From a virus (lineage: Duplodnaviria; Caudoviricetes): a stretch of 57,733 nucleotides of DNA. The notes under the pieces were generated by a model. It ran no database searches and had not been told where the DNA came from. It saw nothing but the letters and a program-made list of their open reading frames with translations. Below, one piece after another: positions 35,481 through 45,361 of this stretch (position 1 is its first letter; each line of letters starts with the position of its first letter). The translations under genes were made by a program, and so were the position numbers. Location of the stretch: positions 1-57,733 of the IMG/VR virus record IMGVR_UViG_3300015202_000010; one strand, written 5' to 3'.

Positions 35481-36809
35481 ATGGGTGCAATTGATCAAAT
35501 CGTAAATATTCAGATCTCACAACAAACCGCTGCCGTCCCACAAGAAGGCTTCGGAGTTCCACTCATCATGGGGCCTTCAAACAGATTCTCGGATCTCGTT
35601 CGATATTACACAGACCCAGCGGATATGCTTGCCGATGGTTTTTTAACTTCTGATCCTGAGTATGTAAAATGCGTTGAGGCTTTCGAGCAAGATCTTCAAC
35701 CAACGCAAGTCGGCATTGGAAAATACAGCGCAGCCGTCGCGCAAGTCGAGACAATCACTCCAGACGTTTCATCACAAACAGTTCAAGTTTATTCGATCAC
35801 AATTAACGGAGTCGCTTACGCTTTCACTTCTGATTCTTCTCCGACTGCTGCGGAAGTTGTTGCGGGTTTGATCGCTCTCATCAATGCGGATGCAAATTGT
35901 GCCTTCGCAGCGACCGGAACAACGATTCTCGTCCTCACGGCAAAACAAGCCGGTGCTGGCGGAACATTTGTTCTTACTTCAAATTTAAACGGCGTTCAAA
36001 CGACTGCAAATCACGGTATCGTTACCGACATCGTAGCTCTCCAAGCTGTTTCTGATATCTGGTACGGCCTCGCGATCTGCTCTGCCCTCGCCTCAGACAT
36101 CGAACAAGTTGCTTCTTATATCGAAACACAATTAAAAATCTTCATCGCTGTAACTGGTGATGCGGCCGTAAAAAATCCTTCAAGCACAACTGACGTTGGC
36201 GCGATCTTGATGGGTAAATCTTACAAGCGCACCGCTCTGGTTTACACAGCGAATCCGCGATCAGGATTAGAGGCTTCATGGTTGGGCGGCGTTCTTCCGA
36301 CAACTCCAGGATCTTCTACATGGAAATTCAAAGGCGCAAAAGGCATCACTACAGATAAATTCTCTCAATCAGATCGCAATGCTTTGATCGGTCAACCTGG
36401 CGTGCCAGGCAAGAACGTAAACATTTTTGAAACTGTTGGCGGACAAAACATTTTCGAAGAGGGTTTCATGTGCGGAGGTCAGTTCATCGACATCACTGTC
36501 GGTATCGACTGGTTGAAATCAACGATGCAAAACAATGTTTTCTCTTTGCTCGTTCAGAACGAAAAAATTCCATACACAGACATCGGCGCGGCGATCATTG
36601 AAAATGCAGTTCGACAAACTCTGAAGCAGGGTGATGACGATACCGGTAGCGGACTCATCGACCATACTTCAATCGTTGTTTCTGCGGCTCCGGTTCTCTC
36701 TCAGCCAACTGCTGACCGAGCGAACCGAATCTACCGTGGTATCAACTGGTCTTGTCGTTTGGCAGGAGCGTTTCATTTCATCGTAATCAAAGGCGTTGTA
36801 ACAGTTTAA
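35481..36809 (+). CDS. Contractile tail sheath (DUF3383)
   Basis: IVNIQIS...GFGVPLI, PGSSTWKFK, FIDI..GIDWL, KIPYTD.G, LAGAFH. Confidence 0.92.
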   Translation: MGAIDQIVNIQISQQTAAVPQEGFGVPLIMGPSNRFSDLVRYYTDPADMLADGFLTSDPEYVKCVEAFEQDLQPTQVGIGKYSAAVAQVETITPDVSSQTVQVYSITINGVAYAFTSDSSPTAAEVVAGLIALINADANCAFAATGTTILVLTAKQAGAGGTFVLTSNLNGVQTTANHGIVTDIVALQAVSDIWYGLAICSALASDIEQVASYIETQLKIFIAVTGDAAVKNPSSTTDVGAILMGKSYKRTALVYTANPRSGLEASWLGGVLPTTPGSSTWKFKGAKGITTDKFSQSDRNALIGQPGVPGKNVNIFETVGGQNIFEEGFMCGGQFIDITVGIDWLKSTMQNNVFSLLVQNEKIPYTDIGAAIIENAVRQTLKQGDDDTGSGLIDHTSIVVSAAPVLSQPTADRANRIYRGINWSCRLAGAFHFIVIKGVVTV

Positions 36810-36825
36810 TTTATAGGAGCATTTC

Positions 36826-37248
36826 ATGAGCGTTAAATCATACGATCCAGGTCAAGTTGCAGTCATCGTTGGCGGCAAAATCATTAGCGGCTTCTCAGAA
36901 GGCACTATGGTTAAAGCATCAAGAAACGATGCGGCCTATTCTTTAAAAGTCGGAGCGGACGGCGAGGGAACTCGCACCCGATCTAGAAACACTTCTGGAA
37001 AGCTTGAGTTCAGTCTCATGCAGTCCTCTGACTCGAACGATTATCTTTCAAGTCTCGCTCTCGCGGACGAAGCTTCAAACGCCGGCACGGTTGCTTGTCT
37101 TATCAAAGACGGCTCTGGTCGATCGGTTTGGGGCGCTCTCACCGCTTGGGTTCAAAAACTTCCAGACGCTGACTTGGCGAAAGAAGTTCAAACCAGAACT
37201 TGGGTTTTAGAGACCGACAACATCACGATTTTTATTGGCGGTAACTAA
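36826..37248 (+). CDS. Tail tube protein (DUF3277)
   Basis: SYDP..V, VGADGE, LMQSS.SN..L. Confidence 0.88.
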   Translation: MSVKSYDPGQVAVIVGGKIISGFSEGTMVKASRNDAAYSLKVGADGEGTRTRSRNTSGKLEFSLMQSSDSNDYLSSLALADEASNAGTVACLIKDGSGRSVWGALTAWVQKLPDADLAKEVQTRTWVLETDNITIFIGGN

Positions 37249-37697
37249 TGGCTAATGAGCTAATCAAGAAAACCATAGACGGTCACGATTACGAGTTCTC
37301 AATCTTTGGAGCGAAGAAATCTATCAAGGTTTTAGTTCGCCTGTCGAAGATTCTCGGAAAGCCGTTTGGTCTTTTGATGGGTTCATTCAAAGGCCCTGGC
37401 AAGATGTTGGAGAGAGAAGTAGATACCGACCTGATGAGTTTAGCGTTCTCCGCTTTGACTGATAATTTAGATTCAGACGAAGTGATTGATATCTTAGAGA
37501 CTCTCGTGGCCGGTGATTACATTCTTTGCGACGGCAAAAAAGTTATTTTCGATACTCATTATGAAGGTCGTCTCGATCACCTAATGAAAGTCGTTATGAT
37601 TGCCCTCGAGGTGCAATACGGAAATTTTTCCGGCGCCATATCCGACCTCCGGCCAGTAAAAAAGAATCATCAGACGATGCAGGAAAATCAAACGTAG
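37248..37697 (+). CDS. Tail assembly chaperone
   Basis: Between tube and TMP; carries slippery A-AAT-TTT at 37622-37628. Confidence 0.8.
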   Translation: MANELIKKTIDGHDYEFSIFGAKKSIKVLVRLSKILGKPFGLLMGSFKGPGKMLEREVDTDLMSLAFSALTDNLDSDEVIDILETLVAGDYILCDGKKVIFDTHYEGRLDHLMKVVMIALEVQYGNFSGAISDLRPVKKNHQTMQENQT

Positions 37698-37846
37698 ATT
37701 GGGTTATTTGGAGGCCCGTAATGGAGGGCCTCGACACACTCTCGAATGTTCAAAACGTGTGGAGTATAACGGATCTTTATGATGCACACGAAGCTTTAGA
37801 TATTAAGGCCGAAATTGAGGCCCATGCACGAGAGGCGGCTAAGTAG
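37628..37846 (+). CDS. -1 frameshift extension of tail assembly chaperone (about 199-aa fusion)
   Basis: -1 frame open for 72 codons: ...VDWVIWRPV...WSITDLYDAHEALD. Confidence 0.75.
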   Translation, partial: FRRHIRPPASKKESSDDAGKSNVDWVIWRPVMEGLDTLSNVQNVWSITDLYDAHEALDIKAEIEAHAREAAK

Positions 37847-38429
37847 CACATGACAACTTTCTTTTCTCCCAAGCCTTTTTGCAAGTCTCTCTTTGTTCAT
37901 TGGACATTTTCTTGCCTTTATTCCAAGACGGTTTCCCTCTTCTTGCAGCAGCCATCTTTTCAATTGTTTCTGAAAAATCTTTTCGTTTTTTTCGATCATA
38001 AACGACTGGATTGTCCAATCGAATTTTTCTCATTTTATCTCGGAACTCGATCGATCGCTTCAATCCTATTTGACCGACGCTTATCTTTTTTTTCGTATTT
38101 TCACTATGCTTTCTTCCTGAGTGAGATCGACTCATTTTTTTCAAAGTTGATTTATGCGTTTGAAAACCTTTCGAGCCTCCGCTTTGTAAGTTGTAGCCTT
38201 TTGACTGATTTGTTGAGTCGAACTTCAAAACAAAAACAGCCTCTTTTTCAAATGCCTCAGACTTCGAATTTGTTTCGAATAAAACTTCAACTTGAAAAGA
38301 TCCATCAAAGATTTGGGGACGTTCGTTTTTATGTTCGGACATCCTCTTTTTTAAGTTTGAAGTGCATCCGATGTAAGATTTTCGACTCTTTAAATTCAAT
38401 ATACGGTAGACTTTATATCTCATGGGCAT
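37839..38429 (-). CDS. GIY-YIG homing endonuclease with NUMOD3 repeats
   Basis: KVYRI...YIG.T....R..EH, E, GYN; HSENTKKKIS. Confidence 0.9.
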   Translation of the reverse strand: MPMRYKVYRILNLKSRKSYIGCTSNLKKRMSEHKNERPQIFDGSFQVEVLFETNSKSEAFEKEAVFVLKFDSTNQSKGYNLQSGGSKGFQTHKSTLKKMSRSHSGRKHSENTKKKISVGQIGLKRSIEFRDKMRKIRLDNPVVYDRKKRKDFSETIEKMAAARRGKPSWNKGKKMSNEQRETCKKAWEKRKLSCAT

Positions 38430-38483
38430 CGTATAGGACGTTATCTATGACAGGTCAATCATTTTTGGGGGTGCCAAATTAAC

Positions 38484-40022
38484 GTGCGAGAAATGTTGAC
38501 CACATGGAATTTTCAGATCAACCACGAGCCTCTCGAAAAGGTTGAAAAAAGTCTTGATGCAATTAAGGAGCGACTCGATTTCTTGGCCGCCGGAGAAGTC
38601 GCAAAAGGTCTCTTCGAAATGGTCGAGAAGTTCGGCCAAATGGCAGAGCAACTCCACCTCGCAAGCGCATCCGCAGGTCTCACTGTCGAAGAAATGCAAC
38701 GCCTCTCATTCTCCGCTCAACAAGCCGGAGTCTCAGCAGAATCCGTTTCGACAGGGATGTTCCGACTCTCGCGCGCGCTTTACAGTGCACGTCAAGGAAA
38801 CGAAGAAGCCCTAAAATCATTTTCAAAACTTGGAATTAGTTCCGACCAACTCACACAATTTAAGACGGCGAAAGACGCTCTCGGGGCAATCTCGGATAGA
38901 ATGCACACCATCAAAGACCCGATCGAGAAAGCCGCTCTCTCAATGGCCCTTTTGGGCCGTGGATCGAGGGACATGGTTGGATGGTTGTCTCAAGGCTCTG
39001 CCTCAATTAAGGCGACCGGAGACAAAGCGTATGTGCTCTCAGAGGATCAGGTCGAAGCTCTCGTGAGTGCCGAGCACACGATGGGTGCATTCTGGAATAT
39101 GATAAAGAACATTGCAGGATCTATCGCTGCTAATTTCGCGCCAGTCCTCGAGCGAGCCGTTCACACCGTCATGGATTTTGTTGCCGCAAATAAACAACTT
39201 ATTGAAAACAATGTGGAGAATTGGCTGAAGGGCCTCGCTTTCATGTTTGGTTTCATCGTCGGCGTCATCGAGAGTGCGGTTTATTGGTTCCTAAAGCTCG
39301 CTCATGCTCTTGGCTTCGAGGATCATATTCTCCAAGCCATCGGACTCTTCGCCGGACTCGTCACGGGAATCCTCGCGTTTAAAACGGCAGCTATGGTGCT
39401 CTCTCCGGTCATCTCTGCGGTATCGAGCGCGTTTGGTATTCTGCAAAAAGCCGTGGGTGCAATAAAATGGATCTGGGGATTCTTCGAAGGACTCGCTGCG
39501 GTAATCGGAGTATCGACCGGAGCCTTAATCGGTATCATCGCCGCCGTGGGCGCTCTCGTCGTCATCGGTCATGACTTATGGCAGGTTTTTCACAACGGCA
39601 AAAGTTTTAAAGACACTTGGATCGGTCAGGGTGCAAAATATATCCAGGATTTGATCGAGAAGTTCACCGGACTTAAACAAATTTTTGGGATGGGTGACAG
39701 TGATAAAAAATCAGCAGAGGAGAACACACCAGGAGCCGGTGTCCTTAAAGGAATTTCTCAAACGCAGGCATTCGGAAATTCTCTTATGCCTAATCTTACT
39801 GGCAATCCTGCTTATGGAAGTGCAGCACTGACTCCTGACTTTGGATTCGGTGTTACTCCGGCGACCTCACAAAATCAGATCAACGCTCCAGTCACAATCA
39901 ACGTTCCTCCAAACACTCCTCCTGAGCAGGTTGGAAAGCACGTTCAAATGGGAATCAAAGATCATCTCGACAGCGTGATGAGAGAAACGAAACGCAGTCT
40001 CACTCCGGCGGTGGCTCACTAA
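38484..40022 (+). CDS. Tape measure protein
   Basis: Ala/Gly-rich helical protein with hydrophobic segments; synteny. Confidence 0.85.
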   Translation: MREMLTTWNFQINHEPLEKVEKSLDAIKERLDFLAAGEVAKGLFEMVEKFGQMAEQLHLASASAGLTVEEMQRLSFSAQQAGVSAESVSTGMFRLSRALYSARQGNEEALKSFSKLGISSDQLTQFKTAKDALGAISDRMHTIKDPIEKAALSMALLGRGSRDMVGWLSQGSASIKATGDKAYVLSEDQVEALVSAEHTMGAFWNMIKNIAGSIAANFAPVLERAVHTVMDFVAANKQLIENNVENWLKGLAFMFGFIVGVIESAVYWFLKLAHALGFEDHILQAIGLFAGLVTGILAFKTAAMVLSPVISAVSSAFGILQKAVGAIKWIWGFFEGLAAVIGVSTGALIGIIAAVGALVVIGHDLWQVFHNGKSFKDTWIGQGAKYIQDLIEKFTGLKQIFGMGDSDKKSAEENTPGAGVLKGISQTQAFGNSLMPNLTGNPAYGSAALTPDFGFGVTPATSQNQINAPVTINVPPNTPPEQVGKHVQMGIKDHLDSVMRETKRSLTPAVAH

Positions 40023-40705
40023 TGGGAATCATTGACCAAATCAAAGGTAGAAAACTCGTACAGTTCATCAAGAACGGCAACACCGTCATCACGATCGACT
40101 GCACCCTCAAGCAATCTCACTCTCGTAAATCGACTCCGACCAAATTTCAAATTGAAACTGGCGAGACGATTTCAGATCATATCGTTTTAGATCCTTTCAA
40201 ACTCACTCTCGAAGGAGTCATCACAGACTCTCCTCTCTCGATAAAAAGCGCGGTCATTACCTCTGGAGCTGCGGCAATCGGAAACAAGATAGCCGGAAAT
40301 CTAGGGACGACTCTCGCGGTTGGAGGAGTCGCTCTCGCAAATGTTCTCAAAAAATCCTCAAGCCCTTCTGCGGCAGCATTTGTAAATTTGCTTCAGCTTC
40401 AGGAGGACAAAGAACCTTTCGACGTTCTGACTTCTCTAAAATTGTACAAAAATATGTGGATCTCCAACATCAGCGTCCCTCGCGACGATAAAACCGGATA
40501 CGCTCTGATGTTTACGGTCGAGTTGGAGCAGCTTCTTTTGGTAACTCCTGAGACAGTGAACATTCAGAAGTTCTCGAAAGCAGATCTCGCAGCCGACGAA
40601 GCCAACAAAGGAAAACAAGAAGCCAAGAATGCACTTTTAGACGAGTATAACAGAGGAAATAATTTAGCTAAGTCTCTGGCTCAAGTTCCGGGAGCTTCAC
40701 AATGA
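40022..40705 (+). CDS. Tail tube initiator/Dit-like baseplate protein
   Basis: H.R....T.F.IE.G..ISDH, Y.NM.I. Confidence 0.8.
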   Translation: MGIIDQIKGRKLVQFIKNGNTVITIDCTLKQSHSRKSTPTKFQIETGETISDHIVLDPFKLTLEGVITDSPLSIKSAVITSGAAAIGNKIAGNLGTTLAVGGVALANVLKKSSSPSAAAFVNLLQLQEDKEPFDVLTSLKLYKNMWISNISVPRDDKTGYALMFTVELEQLLLVTPETVNIQKFSKADLAADEANKGKQEAKNALLDEYNRGNNLAKSLAQVPGASQ

Positions 40706-41028
40706 CAACAGTTCAAACTATTCCTGCAAAAAACGATTTACCTTGGTACAAATTCAAGATTGCTTTGTCTGGAATAATTTACACTTGTCGATTTAGATTC
40801 AACACTCGAATGAACCGTTGGATGATTGATCTTTGCGACTCAGCCGAGAATGAAATCATAAACGGACTTCCTCTTTTAATTTCCAGAAATATCACCGGGC
40901 AATTCGTCATAGCTGGCTTGCCAACAGGAGTTATTTTTGTCACAGACGATACCGGACAAGATCAACAGCCGACTCGATATTCATTTAACCAAGACAAGAC
41001 TCTCTTTTATGTGGACTTGAATGCATGA
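40702..41028 (+). CDS. Small baseplate protein
   Basis: FRFNTRMNRWMIDL; synteny. Confidence 0.7.
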   Translation: MTTVQTIPAKNDLPWYKFKIALSGIIYTCRFRFNTRMNRWMIDLCDSAENEIINGLPLLISRNITGQFVIAGLPTGVIFVTDDTGQDQQPTRYSFNQDKTLFYVDLNA

Positions 41029-41882
41029 GTTTATTCAATCGACAGTACGCAGTTACAATCGGTCTGCCAGGACAAGAAGGTTATCAATACACCGATCTGC
41101 GCGTTACTTTTGATATCACAAAGACCTCAGAATCGACTTCGAACAAAGCAAAAATCGCTCTCGTCAATCTCAACAAAGAATCCATCTCTAAGTTCACAAA
41201 AGGTTATTTGATCCGTCTAGAGGCCGGTTACGATGACCTGATAGAAACTGTTTATTTAGGCGATGTGGTGAGGGCTACGAGTGAGAGACATGGTGCGGAC
41301 GTCATCACAACTTTCGAGTGCGGAGACGGCGAGCATCAATTGGTGAATGCGGTTTTCGATCGGTCTTATCCTCCAAATACAAAATACGTCGACATCATAA
41401 CCGACCTTGCCAAAGCTCTCGACGTCGATATTGGAACCGTCATCGGAATTCAAAATAAATCTTTGGGATCTGGTTTTGTTTGCACCGGAAGTGTGCGAAG
41501 AAATCTCAATCAACTTCTCAAAAATCAAAAATTAGAGTGGTCGATTCAAAACGGCGCTCTGCAAATTCTTCCCATCAGCAGTCACGTCGGAGAAGAGGCG
41601 ATCTTAATTTCAAAAGAGACCGGACTCATCGGCGTACCCTCAGAGGGAACAGACTTTTATAAATTCAACTCTCTCTTAAATCCAAAATTGATCCCTGGCC
41701 GAATTGTTCAATTGACCTCGAGTACTCTCAACGGAGTTTTACGAATCCGTAAGGCACAGTTCGAGGGAGACTCGAGCGGTCAGAAGTGGGACGTCGTTGT
41801 CGAAGCGGTGAAAATTCCTTTCAAGGCAATTCCTCCGCAAAACGTCGGTACTGACTTCATCACGGTGGAGGGCACAGCTTGA
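41025..41882 (+). CDS. Baseplate hub
   Basis: LEAGY, CGDG, WSIQNG, TGLIGVP, LLNP.L.PG. Confidence 0.85.
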   Translation: MSLFNRQYAVTIGLPGQEGYQYTDLRVTFDITKTSESTSNKAKIALVNLNKESISKFTKGYLIRLEAGYDDLIETVYLGDVVRATSERHGADVITTFECGDGEHQLVNAVFDRSYPPNTKYVDIITDLAKALDVDIGTVIGIQNKSLGSGFVCTGSVRRNLNQLLKNQKLEWSIQNGALQILPISSHVGEEAILISKETGLIGVPSEGTDFYKFNSLLNPKLIPGRIVQLTSSTLNGVLRIRKAQFEGDSSGQKWDVVVEAVKIPFKAIPPQNVGTDFITVEGTA

Positions 41883-42598
41883 GCGACTTAGACGAATACT
41901 CAGATAATCTTTACGACCCATCGACGACGAATGAAGAAGGCGAAACACCGACGCTCGAGGATGTGATTACGTCCGCGATCGACTCGAGACTTTTGGAGTT
42001 GCACACCACGATTCCATGCGAGGTTGTGAAGGTCATCAATAACTCTTACGTCGATGTTCAGATTTCTCTCATGAGACAATATACGAGCGGAGACCAAGTT
42101 AAGATTCCGGTCGTACAAAATGTTCCTATCTCTCATCCTCGCGGTGCGGATTACTGGATCAAGTTACCGATCGCGGTCGGCGATTTGGGTATGTTGCAAT
42201 TCTCTGAAAGAAGCTTAGACGCTTGGATGGTTTCTGGAGGAACGGTCAACCCAGCAGACTCTCGAATGCATCATTTGACGGATGGTATTTTTATACCAGG
42301 TCTTTACCCGATGGATAATGTCGTGGCGGGCGATCCTGGAGACCTCGTTGTGAGCAACGGCCAGTCGCAAATGGTCGTTATGAAAAGCGGCAAGTTCAAA
42401 ATAAAGAACCAATCGAACGAGCTGATTGATTTACTAGACCAAACGCTGAAGCAAATTTCTATGATCGCTGACACACTAAACCAAGACACCACGAACACAA
42501 TTTTCGGCCCTCAAAAGCTCAATATGTTCGCGAAATACGCCACGATAAAAAGCGCGGTAGACGACTTAGATTCTAAACTGGAAACTCTGAAAGGATAG
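41879..42598 (+). CDS. Baseplate central spike (Gp138-like)
   Basis: VGDLG.L.FSERSLD.W...RMHHLTDGIFIPG. Confidence 0.85.
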   Translation: MSDLDEYSDNLYDPSTTNEEGETPTLEDVITSAIDSRLLELHTTIPCEVVKVINNSYVDVQISLMRQYTSGDQVKIPVVQNVPISHPRGADYWIKLPIAVGDLGMLQFSERSLDAWMVSGGTVNPADSRMHHLTDGIFIPGLYPMDNVVAGDPGDLVVSNGQSQMVVMKSGKFKIKNQSNELIDLLDQTLKQISMIADTLNQDTTNTIFGPQKLNMFAKYATIKSAVDDLDSKLETLKG

Positions 42599-42600
42599 CG

Positions 42601-42873
42601 ATGGCTCTCGTAAATACAAAAACCGGAGACGCAATTGCTGCCTATGTTCAGAGCGTAAAACCTCCTGCCGGCGCTCCTGTCACATCGGACCAACTCAAAG
42701 CAATTTGGGAGGGAGTGATGGGGATACTTTACGGTGACATTGAAACGGACGCTGATATAGTTTTAATGGCGGGTGACATTACGATTCCGGGAGTTGGTTT
42801 GAATTCGCCGGTTGGTCCAGTTACCGGAGATGCGGTCAACGCGCCCGGCACAGTTTCAGGGAGGATTAAATGA
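42601..42873 (+). CDS. Small baseplate/spike-tip candidate
   Basis: Gly-rich C-terminus, directly after spike. Confidence 0.55.
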   Translation: MALVNTKTGDAIAAYVQSVKPPAGAPVTSDQLKAIWEGVMGILYGDIETDADIVLMAGDITIPGVGLNSPVGPVTGDAVNAPGTVSGRIK

Positions 42874-43250
42874 GCGATCTGCTTTTAGATTTAGATCCTG
42901 ACTCTGCGAATTATGGCGACTTCCTTTTGACGAATAATGACCTCACCATCGTCACCGATCAAAACTTAGGTATCGAGCAATTCATTTTACAGAGACTTCG
43001 CACCTATCTCGGCGAGTGGTTTATGGATCTCTCCATCGGTGTGGATTACTTCGGTCAAATCCTACTTAAGAACCCAGATATAGCGGATATCGACGCGATC
43101 ATCCAAACGACAATTTTGCAAACGCCAGGCGTAAAAGAGCTGGTAGCATATTCTTTTAATCCAAATTTTCAGACTCGGGTTTTGAGCCTCGCTTTCACTG
43201 TGAATACCATCTCAGGCGTGGTCAATTATCAAGGAGCGTTGACAGCATGA
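42870..43250 (+). CDS. Baseplate wedge/sheath initiator (gp25-like)
   Basis: QRLRTYLGEWFMD..GVDY...I..TPGV. Confidence 0.8.
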   Translation: MSDLLLDLDPDSANYGDFLLTNNDLTIVTDQNLGIEQFILQRLRTYLGEWFMDLSIGVDYFGQILLKNPDIADIDAIIQTTILQTPGVKELVAYSFNPNFQTRVLSLAFTVNTISGVVNYQGALTA

Positions 43251-45361
43251 TCACATACGGACTATCGGCACTCGGCTTCAGGGCGAAACAGCAACAAGAA
43301 ATCATCAATGAGTTGAAAGTCTCAATTCAAGGTCTTTTCGGTCAGAACACCAACTTCGCTCCCCAATCTAACTTCGGACAGCTCACAAATATTTTGTCTG
43401 AACGTGAAGCCCTTTTATGGCAGCTCGCAGAGGCCGTTTACAGCTCGCAAAGTCCGAACGGAGCAGAGGGCACATCGGTCGATAACATCCTTGCATTCGC
43501 TGGCCTGAGACGTTTATCGGCCTCTCCAACTAGAACCGCATCCTCGCCTGTCACTCAATCAAACGGCATCGTGCAAAACGGTCTCGTTCTCGGAGGCGTT
43601 GCGGGAACTGTCATTTCTCAAGGCTCTATCATTCAAACAACCGGCTCGCCTCCGGTTCAATTTACTTTAGACTCGGCAGTCACTATTGCGGCGGCCGTAA
43701 ATGCAATTCAAAGTTTGTTTTTCTCGAACACTCCGAATACGGGTGCTTTTCAATTGGGTTTTCCAAACGCTCTGACGCCCTCGATGCCTTTCAACATTCT
43801 CGCGCAATCGAGTTCGTTTAAATTTGCATCGGTTCCGACCGCAGGAGCTTTTTCTCTTATGTTTGGCGTTGCCGGCGTGGGTGTTAACACGCCCTCGATG
43901 TCTTTCAACTCGAGTGCTGGACAAATTCAAACCGCAATCCAAACCATGTCAGGACACTCAACCGTTACAGTTACGGGCTCGATGTCTGCTGGTTTTGTTA
44001 TTGGTTGGGGAGCAACACCGAATCCAATTCTCTCTCTCAACACGAACACGACTGGCGTTGCGGCGACGTTTCAAAATTCATTTCAAGCAAATATTAATAA
44101 TCTTCAAGACTCTACGACAAACCTTTACCCGTTCACGGATGTTTCAGTCGTGATGGGTGCGACAGGATTCAATTTCAACTTCGGAGCGAACACTCCGGCG
44201 TCTGGACAAGCTTCTTCTGGAGATCAAGCTCAACCCATCATCACGATCTCTGCAAATAACCTGATGAACTCAACGACCGTTACGAATTTGAATATCGTGA
44301 CGAGCCAAACTGGATCTATCGCAAAAGGTATTGGATCTGCGACTTGTAAAGTTGACGGACCGAACTTTATCGGAGCTGGTGCTCTGACTGTAATCGGAAC
44401 TTCTATTTCAGGTTGGAATACGGTCAACAACGAACTCGATTGCATCACTGGATCGAATATCGAGAACGACACTCAAGCCCTCGTGCGAAGAATTAACAAC
44501 TTACAAGCTCACGCGAACGGACCTCTTCAGTCGATCATTCAAAAAGTCCGCGCAATCGCAAACGTCATCACTGCGATCGGATTTGAGAATCTCAACGAAG
44601 CCGCTTTGCAAAGAATACATTTCCCAATCCAACCAACTTCGGGAAAATACAATCTCGTCCTTCAAGGAATTATATCTGGAGACGTCGCTTACAATGCGAC
44701 AGCGGCTCAAATCCAAACGATACTGAGAGCATACTCTGGATTCGAAGATACTTTGGTAACCGGAGACGCCATCAGCGATTTCATCGTAGATTTCAACGGT
44801 TCTCTCGGTGGACAACCGGTTGCTCTCATGACGGTCACGACCAATACGACCGGCGGCGCGGTAAATGTGACTTTCGATCGTCCGGGAAAATCTTTCGAGA
44901 TCGTTGCTGATGGTGGAGACAACACCGCAATCGCAGCGACCATTTTGGGATCGAAACCTGCCGGAATTCAAACTTACGGCGGTGTCGAAGTCCCTGTTTT
45001 CGATACAGACGGCAATCAATATAATATCGAATTCTCTCGACCAACTCAGGTTCCATTTTATGTCAAAATCGTTCTTCAAACCGACTTCTTCACGGCTGAC
45101 CAGCCCGAGTTTAATCCGGCAAGCGTCACCACCATTCAACAAGACATCGTTGCTTTGGGAAATCAGTTTGGAATCGGCGGTCTCGTCATCGGAAGAGGAA
45201 CAAAAGGTCTCGTTGGAGCTTTCAACGATGTGCCGGGCATCTTAAATTACACTCTCGTTTTCGAAAGAAACACAAACCCGACAAGCGATGCGAATATTCA
45301 GGTTCAATCAGAAGAGGTTCCAGTTTTCGAATCATTTAACATTTCGGTTTCATACACATGA
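43247..45361 (+). CDS. Baseplate J-like wedge protein with inserted repeated domains
   Basis: S.FGQL, AEG..VD, E.D..L..R, KPAGIQTYG, FSRPT; 704 aa. Confidence 0.85.
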   Translation: MITYGLSALGFRAKQQQEIINELKVSIQGLFGQNTNFAPQSNFGQLTNILSEREALLWQLAEAVYSSQSPNGAEGTSVDNILAFAGLRRLSASPTRTASSPVTQSNGIVQNGLVLGGVAGTVISQGSIIQTTGSPPVQFTLDSAVTIAAAVNAIQSLFFSNTPNTGAFQLGFPNALTPSMPFNILAQSSSFKFASVPTAGAFSLMFGVAGVGVNTPSMSFNSSAGQIQTAIQTMSGHSTVTVTGSMSAGFVIGWGATPNPILSLNTNTTGVAATFQNSFQANINNLQDSTTNLYPFTDVSVVMGATGFNFNFGANTPASGQASSGDQAQPIITISANNLMNSTTVTNLNIVTSQTGSIAKGIGSATCKVDGPNFIGAGALTVIGTSISGWNTVNNELDCITGSNIENDTQALVRRINNLQAHANGPLQSIIQKVRAIANVITAIGFENLNEAALQRIHFPIQPTSGKYNLVLQGIISGDVAYNATAAQIQTILRAYSGFEDTLVTGDAISDFIVDFNGSLGGQPVALMTVTTNTTGGAVNVTFDRPGKSFEIVADGGDNTAIAATILGSKPAGIQTYGGVEVPVFDTDGNQYNIEFSRPTQVPFYVKIVLQTDFFTADQPEFNPASVTTIQQDIVALGNQFGIGGLVIGRGTKGLVGAFNDVPGILNYTLVFERNTNPTSDANIQVQSEEVPVFESFNISVSYT

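Noticed and set aside
37850-38482. 210-aa plus-strand ORF between chaperone and TMP
   Set aside because: Phe/Leu/Ser-rich antisense shadow of the Lys-rich GIY-YIG gene; no RBS or motifs
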